A DNA stretch of 27,438 bases, taken from the NCBI GenBank assembly GCA_964510165.1, contig CAZEBC010000030.1, positions 1 through 27,438 of the forward strand, written 5' to 3'. How positions within the stretch are numbered: position 1 is the first letter of the stretch; each line of letters begins with the position of its first letter. Below the pieces are notes generated by a model that was not told the origin of the DNA, did not search any database, and saw only the letters and a list, made by a program, of their open reading frames with translations. Source of the DNA: an uncultured bacterium. Its GTDB lineage: Bacteria > Abyssobacteria > SURF-5. The position numbers and the translations under genes were made by a program. This document shows positions 1 through 7,103 of this stretch, one piece after another.

Positions 1-186
1 GTGGCTGGCGAAATAGCTCTCCGAATAGATTTCGGAGGCAAGCGGGGAGGGCATGCGCGGATTTGTGTAGAACAGTCCGCAGTTCGCGCACCGGACGACC
101 TTGAACTTGCCGACCGTGCAATATTGTGACGCGGTGTCTCGTCCGCACAGAGTGCAGGCGACATGTTCCAACGCGGGCGCCTTCAT
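1..186 (-). CDS. 5' part (truncated at window edge) of a probable class I SAM-dependent methyltransferase with an N-terminal Zn-binding domain
   Basis: Not in the ORF track. Manual translation from ATG at 186 gives MKAPALEHVACTLCGRDTASQYCTVGKFKVVRCANCGLFYTNPRMPSPLASEIYSESYFASH, open to base 1. The CxxCG...VVRCxxCGLxYxNPR...Y pattern is typical of the N-terminus of this methyltransferase group; the SAM-binding motif lies outside the window. Confidence 0.65.
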   Translation of the reverse strand, partial: MKAPALEHVACTLCGRDTASQYCTVGKFKVVRCANCGLFYTNPRMPSPLASEIYSESYFASH

Positions 187-214
187 CTCGTCATCGTCAG
201 GCTTGCAGCCCCTC

Positions 215-251
215 AAAAGCGAAAGCCCGGATAGCCAAGGCTTTCCGGGCT
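215..251 (-). terminator. Probable intrinsic terminator of the two-gene coiled-coil operon
   Basis: The minus strand reads AGCCCGGA-aagccttggcta-TCCGGGCT-TTCGCTTTT: an 8-bp stem followed by a U-rich tail, ~24 nt after the stop at 275. Confidence 0.7.
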
Positions 252-274
252 GGTTGTATGACCGATGTTGTCAC

Positions 275-1246
275 TTAAAGCGGTGGAAGCGATTCGATCC
301 CTTTGCGGCCGATTTCGTCCTGAAGCTCATATGGTAGAAGCGCCGCCGCCTCCGCGCTTTCAACTCGTGACGGTTCCAGCCGGGCTTTGAGTTGTTCAGT
401 CTCGATTTCGGCTTGTCTGATCTGATCAAGATTCTTTTCGGTCGAGGTCACCAGGTAATCATTTCGGGCTTTGAGCTGCTTCACCGCTTTTTGGACATTA
501 CCCAAAGCCCCTTTCTGTATGAGCAACTCGCGATTAACCTGAACGAGCCTTGCGGATACCTGGTCCAGCCGTTCCTCGACCGCGGCCTGATCCGCTATCT
601 TCGACTCGATAGCGCCAATCTCGGACGACATCTGGTTGCGTTTCTGGAATTCCTGTTGGATGGCGAGGATTTCCTCGATGTTGCCGACGGCCCGATATTT
701 GGCAAGCTGGTCTTCCAGTTGCTTGTTCTTCATTGTAAGATCGGCGAGTTGCTCCTGGAGAGTGGGTCCACCCTTCAGGATCTTCTGAACGAATTCGACA
801 GCCGGCCGCGCCGCGAAGAATCCGCCCACTAACCCGACAAGAGCAACGGCCGCGATCGGGATGGCGGACTTTATCTTTCCCTTCCGTTTTCGGGGGGCAA
901 ATGCTTCAACTTGCGGGAGAGGCGAAACGGGTTCTTTTTCTTCGAGTTTCGGACCGCCAGGGGCAGCCCCTCCCTCTTCGAAATCCACGCCAAGGCCCAA
1001 ATCTTCATCGAGCGGCGCTTCCGTGACTCCAACCGGCTCTCCAAAGCCGCCTGAATCGGCAGGAGGACCCGAGGAAAAACCGCCGTCACTCATACCGGTC
1101 TCGAGGCTTATGGTATCGGCGTCGAAATCTTCCTCGAGGCCGGCCTCGCCGACGTCAAACATGTCCTCACCGGTGTCACCCGGTATCTCCTGGGATACGT
1201 CCGCCTTCTTCCGTTTCCGAAAAATTCCGAAAATCTTTTCGAACAT
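275..1246 (-). CDS. Uncharacterised bitopic membrane protein: amphipathic N-terminus, acidic linker, one TM helix, C-terminal coiled coil (paralog B)
   Basis: 323 aa with a GGAGG RBS upstream. MFEKIFGIFRKRKK N-terminus; D/E/G/P-rich region; basic stretch RKRKGKIK before the TM AIPIAAVALVGLVGGFFAA; heptad-rich C-terminus. Confidence 0.85.
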   Translation of the reverse strand: MFEKIFGIFRKRKKADVSQEIPGDTGEDMFDVGEAGLEEDFDADTISLETGMSDGGFSSGPPADSGGFGEPVGVTEAPLDEDLGLGVDFEEGGAAPGGPKLEEKEPVSPLPQVEAFAPRKRKGKIKSAIPIAAVALVGLVGGFFAARPAVEFVQKILKGGPTLQEQLADLTMKNKQLEDQLAKYRAVGNIEEILAIQQEFQKRNQMSSEIGAIESKIADQAAVEERLDQVSARLVQVNRELLIQKGALGNVQKAVKQLKARNDYLVTSTEKNLDQIRQAEIETEQLKARLEPSRVESAEAAALLPYELQDEIGRKGIESLPPL

Positions 1247-1266
1247 CTCTGCCCTCCAAACTTCGG

Positions 1267-2349
1267 TCAGTTGCCCGAGTCTGCCCCCTCAACCCCGGAC
1301 ATCCCGGCGGCTTCCCCTGAACTCGCAGACAAGTCAATGGGTTGTAACTGCGACAAGTGCCTCTCAAGCCGATCCAACTCCGCCTGAAGCTTCTCGATGT
1401 CTTGCATTCGCAACTCGGCCACCATCCGCTGTGAAAGCTCGGCGCGGCTCAACTCGACACGGAACCGTTCATAGGCTTGTGCCGTTTCGCGCGCCAGGGA
1501 ATTCACCTGAAGCCGGGTCTGCTCGATCTCGGATTGCACGTTCCTTATCTCCGAACGTGTATCGGCAATCTTGGATTCGAGCTCTTCCGTTTTCTTCACC
1601 AACTCATTGTAAGCGGATTCCTGTTCTTTGGCGAGATTATACTTGCTTTCGAATTCGCTCAAGGGACCTTGAGAATCGCGCAACTGGGCGATGTTCTGCT
1701 TGAGTTGCGTTACTTCGTTCGGGCCGCCCAGTTTAGTGAATTCCTTGACTTCCGACGCGAGTTTTGCGTTCTTGCGTTGTTCGGTATTGACCAAGGCTTG
1801 CAGGTCAAGCTTGGGCTGATCGGAGCCTTTGCCGATCATCTTGCTGACAAGAGGCCAGGCGAAGTACTGACCTACTCCGCCCAGTATCAGGCAGATAACC
1901 CCCACAACAACCAGGGTTACCACCTTCTTGACAGGAGAAGCAGGCTCAGGGGGCGCCTCGGCGGGCATCTCAAAGGGGGCTGGCGATTCGCCCTCCGCGA
2001 AGAAATCTCGCGGGGCTGCCGCCTCTTCTTCAGCGAGTCCGGTACCCCCCGATATCTCGTCGCTTATTGTACGCTCGTCAAAATCGCTTGCGCCCGTGGA
2101 GATATCGGTGTTCAGCCCTCCGAGTTCCGAGTCAATAAGTCCGGGGCTGCCCGGCTCCCCAACGGAAACCGCTGGCGCCGTGGACACTCTGTCAATCGGC
2201 TCCTCGAGGCCGCCGAGTTCCTCGAAGCCTGTGTCCAGCCCGAGTTCATCCAAGCCGGCCTCTTTGCCATTCATGATAGTTGTTTCGCCGCTTCGCTTTT
2301 GACGCCTTCGCGTGAAACGTTTGAAAAAGCCGGAAATCTTTTCAAACAT
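1267..2349 (-). CDS. Uncharacterised bitopic membrane protein: amphipathic N-terminus, acidic linker, one TM helix, C-terminal coiled coil (paralog A)
   Basis: 360 aa with a GAGGGA RBS. MFEKISGFFKRFTRRR N-terminus; acidic linker; KK before the TM VVTLVVVGVICLILGGVGQYFAW; long coiled coil. Same architecture as 275..1246. Confidence 0.85.
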   Translation of the reverse strand: MFEKISGFFKRFTRRRQKRSGETTIMNGKEAGLDELGLDTGFEELGGLEEPIDRVSTAPAVSVGEPGSPGLIDSELGGLNTDISTGASDFDERTISDEISGGTGLAEEEAAAPRDFFAEGESPAPFEMPAEAPPEPASPVKKVVTLVVVGVICLILGGVGQYFAWPLVSKMIGKGSDQPKLDLQALVNTEQRKNAKLASEVKEFTKLGGPNEVTQLKQNIAQLRDSQGPLSEFESKYNLAKEQESAYNELVKKTEELESKIADTRSEIRNVQSEIEQTRLQVNSLARETAQAYERFRVELSRAELSQRMVAELRMQDIEKLQAELDRLERHLSQLQPIDLSASSGEAAGMSGVEGADSGN

Positions 2350-2406
2350 GCGCGTATCCCTCTATTGATAGACTTGACGGTGCACGCTATGTCCTCTCTG
2401 GATGGA

Positions 2407-2435
2407 ATTATACATCAAAACCTGTTGATTGTCAA
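2407..2435 (-). promoter_or_regulatory. Consensus sigma70 promoter for the 2349/1246 operon
   Basis: The minus strand reads TTGACA (2435-2430), a 17-nt spacer atcaacaggttttgatg, then TATAAT (2412-2407). It lies in the intergenic gap, 57 nt upstream of the ATG at 2349. Confidence 0.88.
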
Positions 2436-2472
2436 AATCTTTCGCGTCTTCGAGCGTCCCACGAAGCGCAAG

Positions 2473-3123
2473 CTACTGAATAAACACGGAATGGAGCGTT
2501 CTGACGCCGTAGGTAGCAAAAAGCAGGCCGAATATGAGCAAAAACATGCCGCAGGCCTGCAGAACACGCCGATAAAGCCTTCCGTCGAGCATTCTCTTGC
2601 CCGAACCGGCGAGTAATCCGACGAGCCCAAACCACAGGAAGTCGGCCGAGATATGGCCTGCGTAGAACGAAATAACGCCTGCCGCCCCTGCCTTTCTGGC
2701 AATAATCACTTGCGCCAGCCCCGCGGTGAGCCACCACACCGTCCAATAGGGGTTCAGCACGCTGACTGCGGCCCCTCCAAGCACCAAGCTATGGGCGCCG
2801 CCCTGGCTCATGCTCGCGTCCAGAATCGAACCGCCGCGCACCTCTTTGAACGCGCCGATGCCCATCCACAGGAGCATGGCGCCTCCCAAGAGGCCGACGG
2901 GCCCCGTGAGCTGATTGACAGAAACCAGCTTCATGACTCCGCCGACGAGGGCGGCAACCATGGCCATTTCACAGATGGAGTGGCCGCACGCAAGCCAAAG
3001 CGGAGCAGTCTTGCCGCGCCCCACGGACTCCTTCACCGTGAGCGCCAGCAAAGGACCGGGCATAATCGCGCCGGTCAATCCTATGCCGAGGGATGCAAGG
3101 AAGATTGTGACCAGATTTGCCAT
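2473..3123 (-). CDS. LysE/RhtB family transporter
   Basis: 216 aa, hydrophobic. N-terminal GLTGAIMPGP motif, GH..E, and S.LNPYWTVWW..G, all typical of LysE-type exporters. Confidence 0.85.
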   Translation of the reverse strand: MANLVTIFLASLGIGLTGAIMPGPLLALTVKESVGRGKTAPLWLACGHSICEMAMVAALVGGVMKLVSVNQLTGPVGLLGGAMLLWMGIGAFKEVRGGSILDASMSQGGAHSLVLGGAAVSVLNPYWTVWWLTAGLAQVIIARKAGAAGVISFYAGHISADFLWFGLVGLLAGSGKRMLDGRLYRRVLQACGMFLLIFGLLFATYGVRTLHSVFIQ

Positions 3124-3159
3124 GTCGAGTTACACGGGGCTGCGTAGCTGTAACCAAGG

Positions 3160-3199
3160 CCCCTCACCCAACCCTCTCCCACTGGGAGAGGGTTGGGGC
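3160..3199. repeat. REP-like palindrome, CCCTCACCC..CCCTCTCCC..GGGAGAGGG family, copy 1
   Basis: cccctcacccaaccctctcccactgggagagggttggggc; near-identical to 14327..14371, with a partial copy at 5979. Confidence 0.8.
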
Positions 3200-3266
3200 A
3201 CAGAGGATCGTGTTACATGTTGCGCGCTAGTTAAAGACCAATTGTTGGGCAACAGCGTCAACGGGT

Positions 3267-5321
3267 TTATTTCTCAGCTTCTTCCTTCTGTTTCTTGGCC
3301 TGCTCAATGATTCTTTGCGCGATATGGGGAGGAACTTCCTCATAGTGAGAGAACTTCATGGCGAAGCTGCCGCGACCGCCGGTCATCGAGCGCAATTCGG
3401 CGGAGTAATTCAGCAATTCGGCTTCCGGCACCATGGCTCGAATGACTTGTCCGTGCGGGCCGCGCTCCATTCCCAGGATGCGGCCTCGTTTGGAGTTGAA
3501 GTCGCCGGTCACGTCGCCCATGTATTCTTCAGGGACAATGACCTCGACTTCCATCAGGGGTTCGAGCAAGCACATTTCGCTCTGGGAGGCCGCTTTCTGG
3601 AACGCCATCGAGCCGGCGATCTTGAACGCGAGGTCGGATGAGTCGACCGTGTGCATCATGCCGTCGTAGAGGCGGACTTTTGTATCAACCACGGGATAGC
3701 CGGCGAGAACGCCGCGTTCCATGGCCTCCACGACGCCCTTTTCGACTGACGGGATGAAGTTTTTGGATATGACGCCGCCGACGATTGCGTCGACAAACTC
3801 AAATCCTCCTCCCCTGCCCTGGGGGATGATCTCGATCTCGACTTCCCCGAACTGGCCTCGGCCGCCGGTTTGTTTCTTGTGGCGATACCGGGCCGATGCG
3901 GGTTTCTTGATGGTCTCCTTGTAGGGGACTGACGGAAGGGCGGTATCGGCGGTGACATTGAACTTATTTTTGAGTCGGTCCATGATGACACTGAGATGGA
4001 GATCTCCCATACCTGAGATGATCTCTTCTTTTGTTTCGCGATTGCGATATGCCTTGAACGTCGGGTCTTCCTCTGCCAGGCGGTTGAGAGCGTTCATGAT
4101 CTTGTCTTCATCCGCTCGCGACCGCGGCTTGACCGAAAGACGAACCATTGGTTCCGGGAACTCGATGAGCGGCAAGGTGACCTTCTGGCGTTCATCGCAC
4201 AACGTATCGCCCGCCGATGTCACTTTCAACTTCGGCACTGCTGCGATTTCTCCCGGGCCAACCGTGTCAACACTGGTCTGGTCTTTGCCCTGCATGATAA
4301 ACAGGTTGCTAATCCGCTCCTGCACTCCCTTGTTTGCATTGTAAAAGCCTGCGTCGGCCCGCACGGTTCCGGAGAAGACGCGGAAGTACGTCAATTGGCC
4401 GATGTAGGGATCGGTCATGGTCTTGAAGACATGTGCCGCCAAAGGCGCAGAGGGGTCCGGTCGGAGTTCGATTTCTTCGCCCGAAGCGGTTTTTGCCTTT
4501 CGGGGGGGGACGTCGAACGGAGACGGGAAACAGTCGACGATGAAATCGAGCAACTCGTCGATACCGACCTCTTTTTCGCCGACTGCGCAGAGGATGGGCA
4601 CGATTGCGCCTCTGGCAATTCCCTTCTTGAGACCCGTTGAGATTTCCTCGTCGGAGAGGGTTCCCTCCTCGAGGTACTTTTCGGTCAAAGCGTCGTCGGT
4701 CTCGGCAGCAGCCTCGAGCAGCTTCTCACGGTATCCGGCGAAATCATCGCGGACGTCTTCGGGCACCTGTGACTCGTCGGTGACTTTCCAAAGGCTCACC
4801 ACGCCTTTCAGGCCGGCCTCCTCCCCGACGGGGAGCATGAAGGGGATACACTGGGGTCCAAAGCTTTCCTGCAACAGACGAACCACCTTATTGAAATCAC
4901 TGTGTTCCTTATCCAGTTTGTTGACGAGGACCGCGCGAGGAATCCCGTATTTCTCGCAATAGCGCCATGAATTGATCGTGCCGACCTCGATGCCCGCGAG
5001 ACCGTCCACCAGGAGCAGCGCATTATCGAGGACCGACAGGGACGCCGCCATTTCGGCCACAAAATCGGCATAGCCGGGGTTGTCCACAAAATAGATGCGG
5101 GCTTTCTTCCAGTCCGTGTGCGTGATTTTCAGGGAAATGGTGAACTTGCGGGAGATTTCCTCCTGGAGGTAATCGCCAACGGTATTGCCGGCGCCCACGG
5201 AGCCTGCGCGGGTGGTTTTCCCCGTTTTGAACAGGATGTGTTCCACGAGGGTCGTCTTGCCTGTACCCCCGTGGCCCACTAGGCCCACGTTGCGGATGTC
5301 CTTCACGTCGAATTTGCTCAT
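3267..5321 (-). CDS. fusA: Elongation factor G-like protein (EF-G2/EF-G II type)
   Basis: 684 aa. P-loop GHGGTGKTT, NKLD, GMGDLHL, HKKQTGGRGQFG, VDSS and ELRSMTGGRG. Switch motifs are divergent (RKFTI, DNPGY) and the gene is not in an rpsL-rpsG-tuf context. Confidence 0.92.
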   Translation of the reverse strand: MSKFDVKDIRNVGLVGHGGTGKTTLVEHILFKTGKTTRAGSVGAGNTVGDYLQEEISRKFTISLKITHTDWKKARIYFVDNPGYADFVAEMAASLSVLDNALLLVDGLAGIEVGTINSWRYCEKYGIPRAVLVNKLDKEHSDFNKVVRLLQESFGPQCIPFMLPVGEEAGLKGVVSLWKVTDESQVPEDVRDDFAGYREKLLEAAAETDDALTEKYLEEGTLSDEEISTGLKKGIARGAIVPILCAVGEKEVGIDELLDFIVDCFPSPFDVPPRKAKTASGEEIELRPDPSAPLAAHVFKTMTDPYIGQLTYFRVFSGTVRADAGFYNANKGVQERISNLFIMQGKDQTSVDTVGPGEIAAVPKLKVTSAGDTLCDERQKVTLPLIEFPEPMVRLSVKPRSRADEDKIMNALNRLAEEDPTFKAYRNRETKEEIISGMGDLHLSVIMDRLKNKFNVTADTALPSVPYKETIKKPASARYRHKKQTGGRGQFGEVEIEIIPQGRGGGFEFVDAIVGGVISKNFIPSVEKGVVEAMERGVLAGYPVVDTKVRLYDGMMHTVDSSDLAFKIAGSMAFQKAASQSEMCLLEPLMEVEVIVPEEYMGDVTGDFNSKRGRILGMERGPHGQVIRAMVPEAELLNYSAELRSMTGGRGSFAMKFSHYEEVPPHIAQRIIEQAKKQKEEAEK

Positions 5322-5348
5322 GGTTTCCTCCAGACTATTGCGATGCCA

Positions 5349-5888
5349 TCAGATGGATTTTGACATCATGCGGTTTACCTTCAACAAACCCACCAGCGTC
5401 TTGGCGTCCACTATCTCGCCGGTCTCGACCTTGAGGAACGCGTCCTCGAGGCTCATCCTGTGCGCCTCGATGCGTTCATCCTTATCGGGGTCCGCCTCAC
5501 AAGGCTCAAGTTCGGTTGCCAGGAACAGGTGGAGAAATTCGGTGCAGAAACCCGGCGATGTAAAGAAGCCGCCCAATGGGGTCATCTTTCCGGCCCGATA
5601 ACCCGTTTCCTCGACAAGCTCACGCCTGGCGCAGTCCAGGGGTGTTTCGCCCGCCTCGAGGGTGCCGGCCGGAATCTCCCATAACTCTTTTTTCGCTGGA
5701 TACCGAAATTGCCTGAGCAGGATCACCTCGGTCGGCGAGATCAGCGGGACCATAGCCACAGCGCCCGAATGCTGCACTACCTCGCGGGTGGCTTCGTTTC
5801 CATCGGGCAGGACTATGGTTTCGCGGGAAAGCCCCACGACTCGACCGGAGTAGATCTGCTCTTTTTGTTTGATTTTAAAGTCTCTCAT
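5349..5888 (-). CDS. NUDIX hydrolase, ADP-ribose pyrophosphatase (NudF)-like
   Basis: NUDIX box GTLEAGETPLDCARRELVEETGY, plus REVVQHSGAV, RQFRYP, EIPAG, SPGF and DAKT motifs of the ADPRase subfamily. Confidence 0.88.
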   Translation of the reverse strand: MRDFKIKQKEQIYSGRVVGLSRETIVLPDGNEATREVVQHSGAVAMVPLISPTEVILLRQFRYPAKKELWEIPAGTLEAGETPLDCARRELVEETGYRAGKMTPLGGFFTSPGFCTEFLHLFLATELEPCEADPDKDERIEAHRMSLEDAFLKVETGEIVDAKTLVGLLKVNRMMSKSI

Positions 5889-5916
5889 GTTTGAATTCAG
5901 AGTCTAAGCAAATCAA

Positions 5917-5941
5917 TGGGCGCACGCCGTGCGCCTCTACA
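5917..5941. repeat. GTAG-type REP palindrome, copy 1
   Basis: tgggcgcacgccgtgcgcctctaca; the reverse complement is TGTAGaggcgcacggcgtgcgccca. 24/25 identical to 12904..12928. Confidence 0.8.
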
Positions 5942-5978
5942 AGCAAACGCACCCTGCGGTCGGGCCACAACCGAAGCT

Positions 5979-6010
5979 CCCTCACCCTGCCCTCTCCCTG
6001 AGTGAGACGG
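5979..6010. repeat. Partial or degenerate copy of the CCCTCACCC..CCCTCTCCC REP-like palindrome
   Basis: ccctcaccctgccctctccc is identical to the left arm at 14328-14347; the right arm is degenerate (tgagtgagacgg). Confidence 0.65.
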
Positions 6011-6017
6011 TTCGTTC

Positions 6018-6539
6018 TCACATCACTTCGGCGCCGTATGTCTTCCGCATGCGTTCGAGCGCAATCTTGTGCATTCGCTGATCGAAGTCAGCGACTCCCT
6101 TCTTGAACACCGTCACCGGATAGCCGCGAACGCGAAGGTCGCCCACGGTGTCCATAACGCAGATGGAGGTGCACACTCCCACAACCACAACGCTTTTCAC
6201 CTTGTGCTTCTTGAGCACATCGTCCAGCCGGGTTCTGTAAAAGCTTGAGAGGGTCGGCTTGCGAACGACCTCATCCCCGCGCCGAGGCTTCAATTCAGAG
6301 ATGATTTCGGCGCCCGGAGTTCCCTTCACGGCGTGTTTCGCGAACATCTGGAATTCCGGGTCATCCGGCTTGTGGTTGTCGGTGATATAGATAACGACGC
6401 CGCCGGCTTTGCGGGTCTCGTCGGCTTTCTGTTTTATGAACTGAACGATCTTCTCGCCGGCGGGACCGCAATAAAGGGCGCCGTCCTTCTCGATAAAGTC
6501 CCTCAGCATGTCAATTATGAGCAAAGCGGTTCTGGTCAT
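6018..6539 (-). CDS. Cysteine hydrolase (isochorismatase family), nicotinamidase/pyrazinamidase-like
   Basis: ALLIIDMLRDF (catalytic Asp), D-N-H...H metal ligands, K...SSF, GVCTSICV (catalytic Cys). Confidence 0.85.
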   Translation of the reverse strand: MTRTALLIIDMLRDFIEKDGALYCGPAGEKIVQFIKQKADETRKAGGVVIYITDNHKPDDPEFQMFAKHAVKGTPGAEIISELKPRRGDEVVRKPTLSSFYRTRLDDVLKKHKVKSVVVVGVCTSICVMDTVGDLRVRGYPVTVFKKGVADFDQRMHKIALERMRKTYGAEVM

Positions 6540-6575
6540 GGCAACTTCCTCCCACTCAAGGGCATGAGGTCTGTC

Positions 6576-6920
6576 TCACCCCTTGTCAAGCCGCCGCAGA
6601 AAATCGTCGACGTCGAACGGGGGCAACACCGAATGGGGGTTGTCGGGCCTGACACCCAGCGGATTCTTAAGGAATTTCTGCTGGCACGCGCGACACAGGT
6701 CGAAGCTGAGCCGCTTGAAGACGTCCTCCTCGAGCTGTTTGGGGTTCATGCCCTGCATCTTTTCGATGAGTTGTTTGATTTCCTCTTCGTAATCCCTCTC
6801 CATGTCCGCTTGTTCAATTTTCAAGGTGTCATACGCGGCGAAAAGGTCCATTCTGAGAACATAGCGCAGTTCGTTTATGTCGATCTTTGCGCCGCACATA
6901 TCGCAGCTATAGTATTTCAT
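6576..6920 (-). CDS. Hypothetical small protein with two CxxC motifs (putative Zn-binding)
   Basis: 114 aa with an ATG start. CDMC at the N-terminus, FDLCRAC near the C-terminus and an acidic helical spacer; co-oriented with its neighbours. Confidence 0.75.
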   Translation of the reverse strand: MKYYSCDMCGAKIDINELRYVLRMDLFAAYDTLKIEQADMERDYEEEIKQLIEKMQGMNPKQLEEDVFKRLSFDLCRACQQKFLKNPLGVRPDNPHSVLPPFDVDDFLRRLDKG

Positions 6921-7103
6921 ATTGCAAATTATTCATCTTTCATGCAATCTATCAAGCTGCCCGTTCATTCTAATCTATCATAAAGTGTGGGCTTTTTCAA
7001 TCGGGAAATCGGTTTTCGGTTTTCGATGGGAGACGGCCCCTTTAACCAAAGAGGCGCAGAGACGCGGAGAAAGACAGGCCCGAGGACTATGAACCAAGGG
7101 AAA

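Noticed and set aside
6921-6956. Leaderless promoter for the CxxC gene (TTGATA...AATAAT)
   Set aside because: The -10 element lacks the first T and the spacing is ambiguous, so it is too weak to call.
7041-7072. aaccaaagaggcgcagagacgcggaga, resembling another dispersed intergenic repeat type
   Set aside because: There is only one copy in the window, so it cannot be supported as a repeat from this sequence alone.
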